Of a stretch of 64,000 nt of DNA, positions 48,596-59,009 are shown in pieces. The translations under genes and the position numbers were made by a program. The DNA lies in NCBI GenBank assembly GCA_959606035.1, contig CAUHHB010000001.1, forward strand, positions 343,886 to 407,885, written 5' to 3'. Positions within the stretch are counted from its first letter, which is position 1. Each line of letters opens with the position of its first letter. Origin of the DNA: an uncultured Collinsella sp. Its GTDB lineage: Bacteria; Actinomycetota; Coriobacteriia; Coriobacteriales; Coriobacteriaceae. A model generated the notes under the pieces. That model was not told the DNA's origin. It saw only the letters and a program-made list of their open reading frames with translations, and searched no databases.

Positions 48596-50773
48596 ATGTC
48601 CGAGCCGTGCTCCGTGCCGCGCGTCTCGGAGCGCTTTGCCCAGAGCAATGCGCTCGACGAGGATATCGCGCGACTCAAATATGTTTCGGGTAAACGTGAG
48701 GAGGCCCTTCGCCGTCTGGGAATTCGGACGGTGGGGGACCTCCTTCTCCATATCCCTCATCGATATCTCGACTTTACGCGCTCCTGGTCCATCGAGATGG
48801 CGCCCATCGGTACCGTTTGCACGATTGTCGCCACGGTCGATCGTATCGTTCAAAAGCAGCCTCGCCCGCGTATGCAGGTGACCGAGGTCTCGCTGGTGGA
48901 CGAGACGGGCGTGCTGCAAGTCGCCTTTTTCCGTCAGCCCTGGATTGCCCAGCAATTTAAGCAGGGCGACCGCCTGGCCGTGATGGGTAAGGTCGAGTTT
49001 GCCTACGGCTTTAAGCAGATGGCCTCTCCGCATTTCGAAAAGCTCGAGGAAGGACGTGCCGCGGGTACTATCCTGCCGGTCCATTACGTGAGCGATGGCG
49101 TGAGCCAGGCATGGATGCGCCGCATCGTAAGCGGCGCGCTCGAGGTTGTCGGCAATCCCTTCGACCCGATTCCCGCCCGCTTACGCGCCAAGCGCCGCCT
49201 GATGAGCAATGCCCGCGCGCTGCGCTCAATTCACTTTCCCTCGAGCATGGCCGAGCGCGATATCGCGCGTGAACGGCTTGCCTATGAGGAGTGCCTCTAC
49301 CTGCAGCTGGCGCTGCGCCTGCGCAACGACGGCGGCTTGGTCGAAGTCGCTCCCTACGCCCATACCGCGGGCGAGCACCTGGCGGCGCTCAGGGAAGCCC
49401 TGCCGTTTTCGCTGAGCGACGAGCAGGAGGGCGCGTTCCAAGACATCCTGCACGATATGTGTGATGGCGGGCGCGTGATGAACCGCCTGCTTCTGGGCGA
49501 CGTCGGTACCGGCAAGACGGCCGTCGCCGCCTGCGCGCTGGCTGTCGCGGCCGATTCGGCCACCCAGTCCTGCGTTATGGCGCCAACGGGCGTGCTGGCG
49601 CGCCAATATGCCGATAAGACCGGCCCCTTGCTCTCGCAGGCTGGTATGTCCTGGGCGCTCCTGACGGGTGCCACGCCGGCGGCCGAGCGCGAGCGGATCC
49701 ATGCGCAGTTGGAATCGGGCGAGCTCGACGTGCTCTTTGGAACCCACGCAGTCCTTTCGGATGACGTGGCGTTTAAGCACCTGTCGCTTGTCGTCATCGA
49801 CGAGCAGCACCGCTTCGGTGTGGGCCAGCGCAATGCCCTGCGTGCCAAGGGGCCGGGTGCCGACCTGCTCGTTATGACGGCCACGCCGATCCCACGCACG
49901 TTGGCGCTCTCGGTCTACGGCGACCTGGACACGAGCATCATCCGCCATCGGCCTGTTCCGGGGGCGGGCGTTACGACGCGCGTGCTTACCGAGTCGAGCC
50001 GCGACCTTGCCTACGGCGCAATTCGCGAGGCTCACGAAAAGGGCCAGCAGGCTTACGTGATCTGCCCGCTTGTGGAGCCGAGTGACTCGACCGATGAGCT
50101 GGAAGACGTACCCGGTATCGCCCGCGACGACGAGGGCCGCGTGACCGTGCCTGTACCGCTGCACGATACGGCAACCGAGCTCGAACGACTGCGTCTGGCC
50201 CTGCCGGGACTTACCATTGAGCGCCTTCACGGCCGCATGCCGGCGGGGGAGAAGGACCGCGTGATCGATGCCTTCAAGCACGGCGAGATCGATGTGCTCG
50301 TCTCGACCACGGTGGTCGAGGTAGGCGTCGACGTGCCCAACGCCACCGTCATGGTCATCGAGAACGGTGAGCGCTTTGGCTTGGCGGCCCTGCACCAACT
50401 GCGCGGTCGCGTGGGCCGCGGCAGCGTGTCGGGCACTTGCCTGGTCATGACGCACTCCAAAGGCAACGGTGGCGCGTCGGCGGCACAAGACCGTCTCCAG
50501 TCGCTCGAAAAGACCTCTGACGGCTTTGCGCTCGCCCAGATGGACCTGCGCCTGCGCCACGAGGGCGAGATCCTGGGCTATCGCCAGCACGGCGGCGTGA
50601 CCCTGCGCTTTGTGGACCTGGACGCCGACGAGGATCTTATCGAATGGGCCCATTTGGACGCGGTCGAGCTCTTGCGGTATGCTTGCAACCTTGACTCCGT
50701 GGCGACGCGCCCCTTGCGCGACGCGGTCGCCATGCGTTATCGACATATCTTTAAGGAGGTCAGCGGAGGATGA
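48596..50773 (+). CDS. recG: ATP-dependent DNA helicase RecG
   Basis: Wedge/OB domain, helicase motifs LLLGDVGTGKTAVA, DEQHRFGV, TATPIPRT, QLRGRVGRG. Confidence 0.95.
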   Translation: MSEPCSVPRVSERFAQSNALDEDIARLKYVSGKREEALRRLGIRTVGDLLLHIPHRYLDFTRSWSIEMAPIGTVCTIVATVDRIVQKQPRPRMQVTEVSLVDETGVLQVAFFRQPWIAQQFKQGDRLAVMGKVEFAYGFKQMASPHFEKLEEGRAAGTILPVHYVSDGVSQAWMRRIVSGALEVVGNPFDPIPARLRAKRRLMSNARALRSIHFPSSMAERDIARERLAYEECLYLQLALRLRNDGGLVEVAPYAHTAGEHLAALREALPFSLSDEQEGAFQDILHDMCDGGRVMNRLLLGDVGTGKTAVAACALAVAADSATQSCVMAPTGVLARQYADKTGPLLSQAGMSWALLTGATPAAERERIHAQLESGELDVLFGTHAVLSDDVAFKHLSLVVIDEQHRFGVGQRNALRAKGPGADLLVMTATPIPRTLALSVYGDLDTSIIRHRPVPGAGVTTRVLTESSRDLAYGAIREAHEKGQQAYVICPLVEPSDSTDELEDVPGIARDDEGRVTVPVPLHDTATELERLRLALPGLTIERLHGRMPAGEKDRVIDAFKHGEIDVLVSTTVVEVGVDVPNATVMVIENGERFGLAALHQLRGRVGRGSVSGTCLVMTHSKGNGGASAAQDRLQSLEKTSDGFALAQMDLRLRHEGEILGYRQHGGVTLRFVDLDADEDLIEWAHLDAVELLRYACNLDSVATRPLRDAVAMRYRHIFKEVSGG

Positions 50774-51414
50774 GAATCATCGGCGGTGAATGGCGCGGCC
50801 GCAAGATCGAAGAGCCGCGTGGGCGCGATGTCACCCGTCCCACGACCGATCGCGTGCGCGAGGCATGCGCGTCCATGGTCATGTCGGCGTTCGACTTCGA
50901 TCTGGACGAGGTCCGCGTGCTGGACGCCTTTGGCGGCTCCGGCGCCCTGGGAATCGAGATGCTCTCGCGTGGCGCCCGCTCGCTCACCACGTTCGAGATC
51001 GATCGCAATGCCGCCCGTCTGATCACCAAGAATATCGAGTCGCTGTGCCGCGACCGCTCGCGTTGGCGTGTCGTTACCGGCGATGTGCTGGCGAGCGCCT
51101 CGCGCGGCCGTGTGCCGGGTGGTCCCTTTGACCTGATCTTGCTCGACCCGCCCTATGCCTTTGGCGCCGAGCCGGTCGAGGAGCTGCTGCAAAATCTTTC
51201 CCAGCAGGGACTGCTGGCGCCCGGGGCCTTTGCCCTTTTTGAGCATGCCGCAGCCGATGCAGGTGCTCATCCGGCTTGTTTTAAGACCGTGCGAGAGAAG
51301 CGCTACGGCATTACCTCGGTTGACTTGCTGCACTGGGTGGTCGAGGACGAGAACGACCATGCTGACGAGAACGAAAATGACGAGGATGTGCCTTCGGAGG
51401 ACACCCATGAATGA
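50770..51414 (+). CDS. rsmD: 16S rRNA (guanine966-N2)-methyltransferase RsmD
   Basis: MRIIGGEWRGRKIEEPRGRDVTRPTTDRVREA...LDAFGGSGALGIE...DLILLDPPY. Confidence 0.9.
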   Translation: MRIIGGEWRGRKIEEPRGRDVTRPTTDRVREACASMVMSAFDFDLDEVRVLDAFGGSGALGIEMLSRGARSLTTFEIDRNAARLITKNIESLCRDRSRWRVVTGDVLASASRGRVPGGPFDLILLDPPYAFGAEPVEELLQNLSQQGLLAPGAFALFEHAAADAGAHPACFKTVREKRYGITSVDLLHWVVEDENDHADENENDEDVPSEDTHE

Positions 51415-51904
51415 CACCATCAACCGCGTAATCGTCCCGGGCACCTTCGATCCCATCACTTTTGGCCACATTGACGTGATTCGCCGAGCCCGCCGCATCT
51501 TTCCCAGCGTGATTGTCGCCGTGGCCGAATCACAGGGTAAAAACGGCGTGGGCACCACCTTTATGCTCGACGAGCGCGTGGCGCTGGCCCGCGAGGCCCT
51601 CGGCGATTTGGACGGCATCGAGGTACTGCCTTTCACCGGCCTGCTGGTCGACTTTGCACGTGAGCAGGGGGCGGGTGCCGTCGTTAAGGGTCTGCGCGCC
51701 ATGACCGACTTTGAGTACGAACTGCAGCAGGCCGACCTTAACTACCGCCTGGATAACGAGCTGGAGTCTATCTTTGTCATGAGTGCTCCGCAGTACGGCT
51801 ACATCTCGAGTTCGGTGGTGCGCCAGATCGCGTCGCTTGGCAGCGACGTGTCGACGTTTGTGCCGCCCAACGTGGTCGAAGCGCTCAAACATCGCTTTTC
51901 GTGA
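51407..51904 (+). CDS. coaD: phosphopantetheine adenylyltransferase
   Basis: RVIVPGTFDPITFGHIDVIRRA (T/HxGH nucleotidyltransferase motif). ATG overlaps the rsmD stop. The longer ORF-track start 51155 is rejected. Confidence 0.9.
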   Translation: MNDTINRVIVPGTFDPITFGHIDVIRRARRIFPSVIVAVAESQGKNGVGTTFMLDERVALAREALGDLDGIEVLPFTGLLVDFAREQGAGAVVKGLRAMTDFEYELQQADLNYRLDNELESIFVMSAPQYGYISSSVVRQIASLGSDVSTFVPPNVVEALKHRFS

Positions 51905-51948
51905 CGTTTTTTATTGCCTGGTGGCATGTGGTAAACTAACACGATGAT

Positions 51949-52470
51949 ATGTTACCTATGAAAGGAGACCGGATGCCGGGCGAGAATTTTCCTGGCGACA
52001 GGATTGTGAGTCTTGTCGACGAGCTCGAGGGGCTCATCGAAGAGGCTAAGACGCCGTTCGGCAAGAACGCCCAGATGAAGGTTATCGACGCCGACGTCTT
52101 CTTTAACATCCTCGATGAGATCCGCATGAGCTATCCCGAGGAGTGGCAGAAGTCCCGCCGTATCCTCAAAGAGCGCGAGGAGCTTATGGCTTCTGCCGCC
52201 GCTCAGGCCGATTCCATCATCGCCGATGCTCAGCAGCAGGCGCTCACCATTGCCGGTGAGCAGGAGATCGTTCGCCTAGCCCAGCAGCAGGCCGACGACA
52301 TCCGCGACCGTGCCCAGCAGTACGAGCGCGAGACGCGCTATGCCGCCGAGGATTACGCCGAGCAGGTCTTTACGCACCTCGAGGAGAACCTTAAGAGCCT
52401 GACCGGCACCGTCACCCGTTGCCGTCAGCAGCTCAATGAGGGTGCCGCCCAGCAGAACGGTCAGTGGTAA
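51949..52470 (+). CDS. coiled-coil protein of unknown function (ATP synthase b-subunit-like helical protein) upstream of yceD
   Basis: Charged, Ala/Gln/Glu-rich helical sequence with conserved position between coaD and yceD. No catalytic motifs. Confidence 0.5.
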   Translation: MLPMKGDRMPGENFPGDRIVSLVDELEGLIEEAKTPFGKNAQMKVIDADVFFNILDEIRMSYPEEWQKSRRILKEREELMASAAAQADSIIADAQQQALTIAGEQEIVRLAQQQADDIRDRAQQYERETRYAAEDYAEQVFTHLEENLKSLTGTVTRCRQQLNEGAAQQNGQW

Positions 52471-53024
52471 TGGCTGAGTTCCCGAGCGTTACCGTCGATC
52501 TTTCCGAGCAGCTCGAGTTTCCTGGAGACTCATATCCGCTGACCGGCAAGGTCGATGTCGCCGCCTACACGGTGGGCGAAAAGGAGTACCAGCTGCAGGA
52601 CGGCATTTCCTACGACGTGGTCTTTACCAACGCCGGTACCGGTGTTCTGCTTTCGGGCATGGTCCGCGCTCACGCCACCGGCGAGTGCGATCGCTGCCTG
52701 GAGCCCGCATCGTTTGATATTGCAGGCGAGATCGAGGAGTTCTACCTCTTTAACGAGCCCGAGGACCCCGAGGCCTACGAAGACGGCTACGAGTTGCTGG
52801 GCGAGGATCGCATTGTCGATCTGGGCGAGCCCATCAACGACGCGGTCGTCATGGACACGCCGTTCGTTGTCCTGTGCAAGCCCGATTGCCGCGGCCTTTG
52901 CCCCACCTGCGGCATCAATCTCAACGTCGAGCAATGCGATTGCGCCGCCCAGGCAGAGGCCGAATGGGCCGCTGCCACGGAAAATCCATTTGCAGCATTG
53001 AAGAATCTCAAGCTTGACGAGTAA
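52464..53024 (+). CDS. yceD: YceD/DUF177 family protein (large-subunit ribosomal protein accumulation factor)
   Basis: CDRCLEPASFDIAGEIEEFY and CPTCGINLNVEQCDC Cys pairs. Immediately upstream of rpmF. Confidence 0.85.
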   Translation: MVMAEFPSVTVDLSEQLEFPGDSYPLTGKVDVAAYTVGEKEYQLQDGISYDVVFTNAGTGVLLSGMVRAHATGECDRCLEPASFDIAGEIEEFYLFNEPEDPEAYEDGYELLGEDRIVDLGEPINDAVVMDTPFVVLCKPDCRGLCPTCGINLNVEQCDCAAQAEAEWAAATENPFAALKNLKLDE

Positions 53025-53088
53025 AACTGTGGTAGTATCGCTACTTGCGCGTAATCGCCACACTGGATAGTTCATAAGGAAGGTCACT

Positions 53089-53268
53089 ATGCCCGTACCT
53101 AAACAAAAGCAGGGTCGTATCCGCACCCATACCCGTCGTTCCGCCAACATGAAGATCTCGGCTGCGGCTCAGTCCACGTGCCCCCGTTGCGGCGCTGTTA
53201 AGCTCCCGCACCACGTGTGCCCCAGCTGCGGTTTCTACAAGGACCGCGAGGTTATCGTTACCGAGTAA
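53089..53268 (+). CDS. rpmF: 50S ribosomal protein L32
   Basis: Hand translation: MPVPKQKQGRIRTHTRRSANMKISAAAQSTCPRCGAVKLPHHVCPSCGFYKDREVIVTE (59 aa, below the ORF-track cutoff). RBS AAGGAAGG upstream. Confidence 0.85.
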   Translation: MPVPKQKQGRIRTHTRRSANMKISAAAQSTCPRCGAVKLPHHVCPSCGFYKDREVIVTE

Positions 53269-53356
53269 CGGTATACTCTGGATGCGATGCCGTTCCAACT
53301 GGAACCACAATGGCCGGCTCAATGAGTCGGCCATTTTTGTATAAGGAGCATATGAA

Positions 53357-54376
53357 ATGAGTAACGTTCGCGTTTGTGTAGACGTTGTGGGCGGAGACGA
53401 GAAGCCCCAGGTCGTTCTCGATGGTATCGAGGCTGCGCTTGCGGCAGATCCCGAGATCGAGGTCCTGGCCGTCGGTCCCGCCGAAATCGTCAATCCCTTT
53501 GCCGCAGCGCATGCCCGCGTGGAGGCTCTGGAGGCCCCCGATGTCATCAGCATGGAGGACGATCCCATCCGCGCCGTGATGACTAAGCGCAAGTCCTCGA
53601 TCGTGCTTGCATGCCGTGCCATTAAGAAGGGCAATGCGGACGCGTTTTTCTCGGCCGGCTCGACCGGTGCTATGACCGCTGCCGCCACGGCCTACGTCAC
53701 GCCGTTTAGGTATTTGGCAGAGGGCAAGAAGCAGCCGGTCCGTCCGTGCTTGACCAACGCACTGCCCAATCGTGCCGGTGGCCTGACGGTGCTGTGCGAT
53801 ATGGGCGCCAATCCCGATGTCACGGTGGACGATATGGTGCGCTTCGCCCAGATGGGTGCTGCCTATGCCCGCGTGGTTTTGGGTATCGAGCATCCTCGCG
53901 TGGGCCTGCTTGCCAACGGCACCGAGGACGAGAAGGGCTCCAACTTCACCAAGTCGTGCTTCCCGGCCATGAAGGCCGCTGTTCCCGGCTTTGTGGGCAA
54001 CTGCGAGGGCACCGATCTTACGTCGGGTAATTTTGACGTCGTGGTCGCCGACGGCATGTCGGGCAACATCGCGCTCAAGGCCACCGAGGGCGCTGCCAAG
54101 TTTTTGCTTCAGGAGCTCAAGGGTGCCTTTATGTCCTCGCTCGGCACCAAGATCGCCGCGCTGCTCATCAAAAAGCAAATGCGCCAGATTAAGGCTAAGC
54201 TTTCGGGCGATGCCAAGGGCGGTGCGATCCTGCTGGGCCTGCGCGGCGTCGTGTTGATCGGCCACGGTGCTACGTCAGTCGAGGCCGTCAAGAACGGTAC
54301 GCTTGCCGCGGCTCAGGCCGTGCGCGCCGGGCTTGTCCAGGACGTTGCCAATTCCATGGACGGTATCGTTTTGTAA
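53357..54376 (+). CDS. plsX: phosphate acyltransferase PlsX
   Basis: VCVDVVGGDEKPQVVLDGI...LANGTEDEKG...VVLIGHGATS. Confidence 0.9.
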   Translation: MSNVRVCVDVVGGDEKPQVVLDGIEAALAADPEIEVLAVGPAEIVNPFAAAHARVEALEAPDVISMEDDPIRAVMTKRKSSIVLACRAIKKGNADAFFSAGSTGAMTAAATAYVTPFRYLAEGKKQPVRPCLTNALPNRAGGLTVLCDMGANPDVTVDDMVRFAQMGAAYARVVLGIEHPRVGLLANGTEDEKGSNFTKSCFPAMKAAVPGFVGNCEGTDLTSGNFDVVVADGMSGNIALKATEGAAKFLLQELKGAFMSSLGTKIAALLIKKQMRQIKAKLSGDAKGGAILLGLRGVVLIGHGATSVEAVKNGTLAAAQAVRAGLVQDVANSMDGIVL

Positions 54377-54490
54377 GAGCCCCGTTACGTGGCTCAACCT
54401 GTACCGTGTGGGGTAGAATCGGAGCCGTATTGCAACGCGGCTTCGATTGCCGTGTTGTGTTGTGTTCCATGACATACGAGAGGAAGCGCT

Positions 54491-54733
54491 ATGGACCGCT
54501 CCGAAATCTTCGATAAGATCACCGAAATTGCCGCTGACGTGCTGGGCGTCGATGTCGCCGACATTAGCGACGAGACCACTTTTGACGATCTCGATGCCGA
54601 TTCGCTCGAGCGTCTGCAGCTGGTGACGGCCATCGAGGACGAGTTCGACCTCGAAATCGATGACGAGACCCTGCTGTCGCTCAACTCTGTCGCCGACGCC
54701 GTCGACGCGATCGAAAACGCCAAGGAGGCCTAA
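54491..54733 (+). CDS. acpP: acyl carrier protein
   Basis: 80 aa, FDDLDADSLERLQLV with phosphopantetheine-attachment Ser in DSL. Confidence 0.9.
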   Translation: MDRSEIFDKITEIAADVLGVDVADISDETTFDDLDADSLERLQLVTAIEDEFDLEIDDETLLSLNSVADAVDAIENAKEA

Positions 54734-54736
54734 GTC

Positions 54737-55462
54737 TTGGCTTTGTCTGAACGACTCACGCGCGCCCAGGAGATTCTGGGCCATGAGTTCAATAACAAGG
54801 TGCTGCTGCGCGCGGCGCTCACACATCCCTCGGCCGTCGAGGGCCTGCCGGTCTCTGCCAGCTATGAGCGCCTTGAATTTTTGGGCGATTCCATTTTGGG
54901 CGCCGTGGTGGCCCGTTCGCTCTTTGAGTCCTATCCCGAGTTTGACGAGGGCAAGCTCACGCGCCTGAAGGTGTCCCTTGTCTCGGGCGCCACGCTGTCC
55001 GAGGTGTCGCACGAGCTGGGTATCGACGACATCATCATCTTTGGCGCCTCCGAGACCGGTACCGGCGCGCGCGGCCTGCACTCGGCGCTTGAGAACGTTT
55101 ACGAGTCGCTCGTGGGCGCGTTGTATCTGGATGCCGGTTGGGATGCGGCGGCGGAGTTCATCCACCGTACGCTTAAGCCGCACCTGGCCACCGAGCGTGC
55201 CGAGCACCCCGCGAACCCCAAGTCGTTCTTGCAGGAGTGCGTGCAGGCAGACGGCCACGAGCCTCCCGCGTATAAGCTGGTCGGCTCCGAGGGCCCCGCA
55301 CATGCGCCCACCTTTACCGCTGTGGTGCTCATCGACGGTATTCGCCAGGGCCGCGGCACCGGTTCCTCCAAGAAGGAGGCCGAGGGGGCCGCTGCTCTCG
55401 AGGCGCTCGACCGCATGGGCTACACCACCAACGGCGTGATTCTCAACAAGAAGCCTGTTTAA
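54737..55462 (+). CDS. rnc: ribonuclease III
   Basis: ERLEFLGDSILGAVVA signature, C-terminal dsRBD. Confidence 0.95.
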   Translation: MALSERLTRAQEILGHEFNNKVLLRAALTHPSAVEGLPVSASYERLEFLGDSILGAVVARSLFESYPEFDEGKLTRLKVSLVSGATLSEVSHELGIDDIIIFGASETGTGARGLHSALENVYESLVGALYLDAGWDAAAEFIHRTLKPHLATERAEHPANPKSFLQECVQADGHEPPAYKLVGSEGPAHAPTFTAVVLIDGIRQGRGTGSSKKEAEGAAALEALDRMGYTTNGVILNKKPV

Positions 55463-55472
55463 GCGAGGAACC

Positions 55473-58400
55473 GTGTATCTCAAGTCCCTCACGCTCAAAG
55501 GGTTCAAGTCGTTTGCCGACCGCGCCCATATGTCATTTGAGCCGGGCCTGACCGTCATCGTCGGTCCCAACGGCTCGGGAAAATCGAACATCTCCGACTC
55601 GATTCTGTGGGTCCTGGGCGAGCAGAGCGCCAAGCAGCTGCGCGGTCAGGCCATGGAGGACGTCATCTTCTCGGGCTCGTCCGCGCGCAAGCCGGTGGGT
55701 GTCGCCGAGGTCACGCTGGTGCTCGATAACTCGGACCATATGCTGCCCGTCGACTTTGACGAGGTCGCCATCACCCGTCGCATGTACCGCTCGGGCGAAA
55801 GCGAGTACCTCATCAACTCGAGCCCGTGCCGCCTGATGGACATTCAGGACATCCTGCACGATTCGGGCCTGGGCAAGGATACGCATTCCATCATCAGCCA
55901 AGGCAAGCTCGATGCCATTTTGCAGAGCCGCCCCGAGGAGCGCCGCGCCCTGATCGAGGAGGCTGCCGGCATCTCCAAGCACAAGCGCCGCAAGGAGCGT
56001 GCACTCAAAAAGATTAAATCGATGGACGAGCACCTGACCCGTGCCCGCGACATCAATAAGGAGATCGCCCGCCAGCTGCGGCCGCTGGAGCGTCAGGTCG
56101 ATCGCGCGCGCAAGTACAAAGAGCTGTCCTCGCGTGCGAACGAGCTTACGCAGATGCTGGCCGTCGACGAGCTTCGTTCGCTGCAGTCGCAGTGGAACGA
56201 CCTGGAGAGCCGCTCCAAGGAGGGCGCTGCCGAGCTTGAGCTTGCGCAATACCGCTTGGGCGAAAAGGAGCGCGAGCTCGAGAAGCTCCAGGTCATGCTC
56301 GAGGAAAAGGGCCTGTTTGTGGGTGATCTGGGCGAGCAGCGCCGTCATATGCAAGACGTGGTCGGCCGCATCAACTCCGACATGCGCCTACTCGAGGAAA
56401 AGGGCCACAACATGGTGTCGCGCCTGTCCGACATGCGCGGCCAGATCTCGAGCTCTGAGCATCAGCGTCGTCGCGTGGTCGAGGAGCTCGAGGATGCGCG
56501 TGCCCAGCTTGAGGAAGTGACCGGTGCGCACATGCAGGCCCAGGACGACGTTGACGCCGCCGGTCCTGCCGCCGCCCAGCTCCACGAGCGTCGCGTGGCG
56601 CTCGACAATCAGATTTCGCAGCTCATGCGCGAGCAGCGCGATGTGCAGCGTGTGGCCGATAACGCCGCGCTCGAGCTCGCCAAGGTGAAGGACTCGCTGA
56701 GCAACGCCGAGGTCGAGGACAACATGTACGCCTCGCGCCTGGAGCAGATCGACGAGCAGCTCGAGGAGGTCACGGCATCGCTTGATAGCCGCCGCAACCG
56801 TGGTGAGGAGCTCGAAGGCGCGCTCGATCAGGCTCGCCAAGCCCAGGTCGATGCGCGCGAGGCTACCGAGGTCGCCCGTGCGGCGTTGAAGGACCTGCGT
56901 AATCGCGAGAGCGAGGCACGCAACAAGCTGTCCGAGGTGCGCTCGGAGCTTTCCAGCCAAAAGAAGCTCGACGCCCGCATGGCCGACAGCTCGCCGCTGG
57001 TGAGCCGTCTGGTGGGCGCGCTGGGCGATGATGTCTCGGGTCGTCTGGGAGATGTGCTCGAGGCTCCTCGTGAGCTTGAAGGCTTGGTCGAGCAGCTGCT
57101 TGCCGGCGATATCGATGCCCTGCTGTTTGATGACGCCGCCACGCTTGAGCGTGCCGGTCGTGCGGCACTGGACCAAAAGAAGGCCTCGGGCGAGGCACTG
57201 CTGATGGCGCGCGGCGTGAGCGGCTCTGCTGCCGCCGAGGGCGCTGCCGGTTCGCGTCTGGTCGATCGCCTGTCCGTGCGCGCCGGTTATGGCCCGGTTG
57301 TCGAGGCCCTGCTCGGCGGCTATTACGTGGTCGATGACTTGGCTGCTGCGCTGGCGGCACCAGTCGTTGACGGCGTGACCTATGTGACGCCCGATGGCGC
57401 CCGCGTGAGCTGTGGCGGCCTGGTGCGCGTGGGGCTCGATGCCGGCGAGGCTTCGGGTGCCCTTGAGCGCAAGCGTCGCATTCGCGAGCTGGAGGGCCTG
57501 GAGCCCGATCTGGCTGCCGTGTTTGAGCATGTGTCGGATCAGGTCGTCGAGGCCAATGCGGCCGTCGAGGAGGCGCGTGCCGCCGAGGGCGATGCCGCCG
57601 GCGAGATCGCCCGTCTTGAGGGCGAGCGCCGCTCGCTGCTCTCTGAGATCGGCCGCTTGGAGCAAAGCGCCAACAATGCCGAGGTCGAGCGCGTGCGCAT
57701 CTCCAAGCGCCGCGAACAGGCAGCCGAGGCCGTTCGCGCAGCCCGCCCGCGCGTTGACGAGCTCACCCGTTCGCGCGACGAGGCCCGTGCGCAGGCAAGC
57801 GACCTGGGTCTCCAGATTGCCGAAGCCAACGACGAGCTCGATCGCGTGCGCCGTGACGATTCCGAGGCAGCCGGCAAGCTCGCCGATGCCAAGGTGCGCC
57901 TGGCCCAGACGAGCGAGCGTCTGCGTTCGCTGAAGGGTCGCGTGCCCGACTTGGAGCATCGCCTGGAGGGCATCGACCGCCGTATCCGCGGAACACGCCA
58001 GGCCTCGCGCTCACTCGAGCTGCTGCGTCTGCGCGTCGATCCCATGCACGAGCGTTATTCGGCCCTGCTGGAGCGCGCGTCGGATTGGGCCGCGCGTCTG
58101 CGTGACCAGGCTTCGCTCGAGGAGGCGGACTCAGCCTCGCTCAAGAAGACCATCGAGGACGCCAAGGCCGAGGTCTCCCGCGCCAAGGAGCGGGTCGATG
58201 CCGCCACGGCGACGCAAAACGAGTTCAAGGTCGCACGCGGCAAGCTCGAGGTGCAGGTGGAGGCTGCCATCAAGGCCATTACCGCCGATGGCACCACGGT
58301 ACTCGAGGAAGCGCTCATGCTTCCCGCGCCCACCGACCGCGATGCCGCCGAGCGCGAGCTCAACCAGCTCGTGCGCCAGATCAACAACCTGGGCCCTGTG

Positions 58401-59009
58401 AACCAGGTTGCCATGGAGGAGTACGAGCAGCTCAAGCGCCGCGCCGATTACATCGAGGAGCAGCTGGCCGATCTGGAGAGCGCGCGCAAGGCGCTCACCA
58501 AGATCACCGTGGCTATCGACCGCAAGATGCGCAAAGCCTTCCTGGTGACCTTTGAGAAGGTCGATGCGAACTTCCGCGAGATCTTTGCCATGCTGTTCCC
58601 GGGTGGCCAGGCACATCTGGAGATGACCGACCCCGAGCATCCGGCCGAAACGGGCATTGAGGTCGTGGCGCAGCCGCGTGGCAAGCGCATCACCAAGATG
58701 ATGCTCATGTCGGGCGGCGAGAAGAGCCTGACGGCGCTCGCCCTGCTCTTTGCCGTGTATCGCACGCGTACGGTGCCGTTCTATGTGCTGGACGAGGTCG
58801 AGGCGGCACTCGACGACGCCAACCTGTCCAAGCTCATCGGCGCACTCGACGTGCTGCGTTCCGATACGCAGCTCTTGGTTATCTCGCATCAGCGCCGTAC
58901 TATGGAGGACGCTGACGTCCTCTACGGCGTCTCGATGCAAGCCGACGGCGTCAGTCGCGTCGTCTCGCAAAAACTCGATCGCGAAACCGGAAAGGTCGTG
59001 AATGCATAA
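55473..59009 (+). CDS. smc: chromosome segregation protein SMC
   Basis: 1178 aa; GPNGSGKSNISD Walker A, long coiled coils and hinge, C-terminal LSGGEKSLTALALLFA...YVLDEVEAALD. Confidence 0.95.
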   Translation: MYLKSLTLKGFKSFADRAHMSFEPGLTVIVGPNGSGKSNISDSILWVLGEQSAKQLRGQAMEDVIFSGSSARKPVGVAEVTLVLDNSDHMLPVDFDEVAITRRMYRSGESEYLINSSPCRLMDIQDILHDSGLGKDTHSIISQGKLDAILQSRPEERRALIEEAAGISKHKRRKERALKKIKSMDEHLTRARDINKEIARQLRPLERQVDRARKYKELSSRANELTQMLAVDELRSLQSQWNDLESRSKEGAAELELAQYRLGEKERELEKLQVMLEEKGLFVGDLGEQRRHMQDVVGRINSDMRLLEEKGHNMVSRLSDMRGQISSSEHQRRRVVEELEDARAQLEEVTGAHMQAQDDVDAAGPAAAQLHERRVALDNQISQLMREQRDVQRVADNAALELAKVKDSLSNAEVEDNMYASRLEQIDEQLEEVTASLDSRRNRGEELEGALDQARQAQVDAREATEVARAALKDLRNRESEARNKLSEVRSELSSQKKLDARMADSSPLVSRLVGALGDDVSGRLGDVLEAPRELEGLVEQLLAGDIDALLFDDAATLERAGRAALDQKKASGEALLMARGVSGSAAAEGAAGSRLVDRLSVRAGYGPVVEALLGGYYVVDDLAAALAAPVVDGVTYVTPDGARVSCGGLVRVGLDAGEASGALERKRRIRELEGLEPDLAAVFEHVSDQVVEANAAVEEARAAEGDAAGEIARLEGERRSLLSEIGRLEQSANNAEVERVRISKRREQAAEAVRAARPRVDELTRSRDEARAQASDLGLQIAEANDELDRVRRDDSEAAGKLADAKVRLAQTSERLRSLKGRVPDLEHRLEGIDRRIRGTRQASRSLELLRLRVDPMHERYSALLERASDWAARLRDQASLEEADSASLKKTIEDAKAEVSRAKERVDAATATQNEFKVARGKLEVQVEAAIKAITADGTTVLEEALMLPAPTDRDAAERELNQLVRQINNLGPVNQVAMEEYEQLKRRADYIEEQLADLESARKALTKITVAIDRKMRKAFLVTFEKVDANFREIFAMLFPGGQAHLEMTDPEHPAETGIEVVAQPRGKRITKMMLMSGGEKSLTALALLFAVYRTRTVPFYVLDEVEAALDDANLSKLIGALDVLRSDTQLLVISHQRRTMEDADVLYGVSMQADGVSRVVSQKLDRETGKVVNA

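Noticed and set aside
46408-48678. 756-aa minus-strand ORF spanning asp23 and yloV
   Set aside because: Antisense to two well-supported genes. Low-complexity Gly/Ala/Arg-rich translation typical of high-GC antisense frames.
51155-51406. N-terminal extension of the coaD ORF (start 51155)
   Set aside because: It overlaps rsmD in another frame. The conserved CoaD N-terminus begins at MNDTINRVIVPGTFDP with ATGA overlap.
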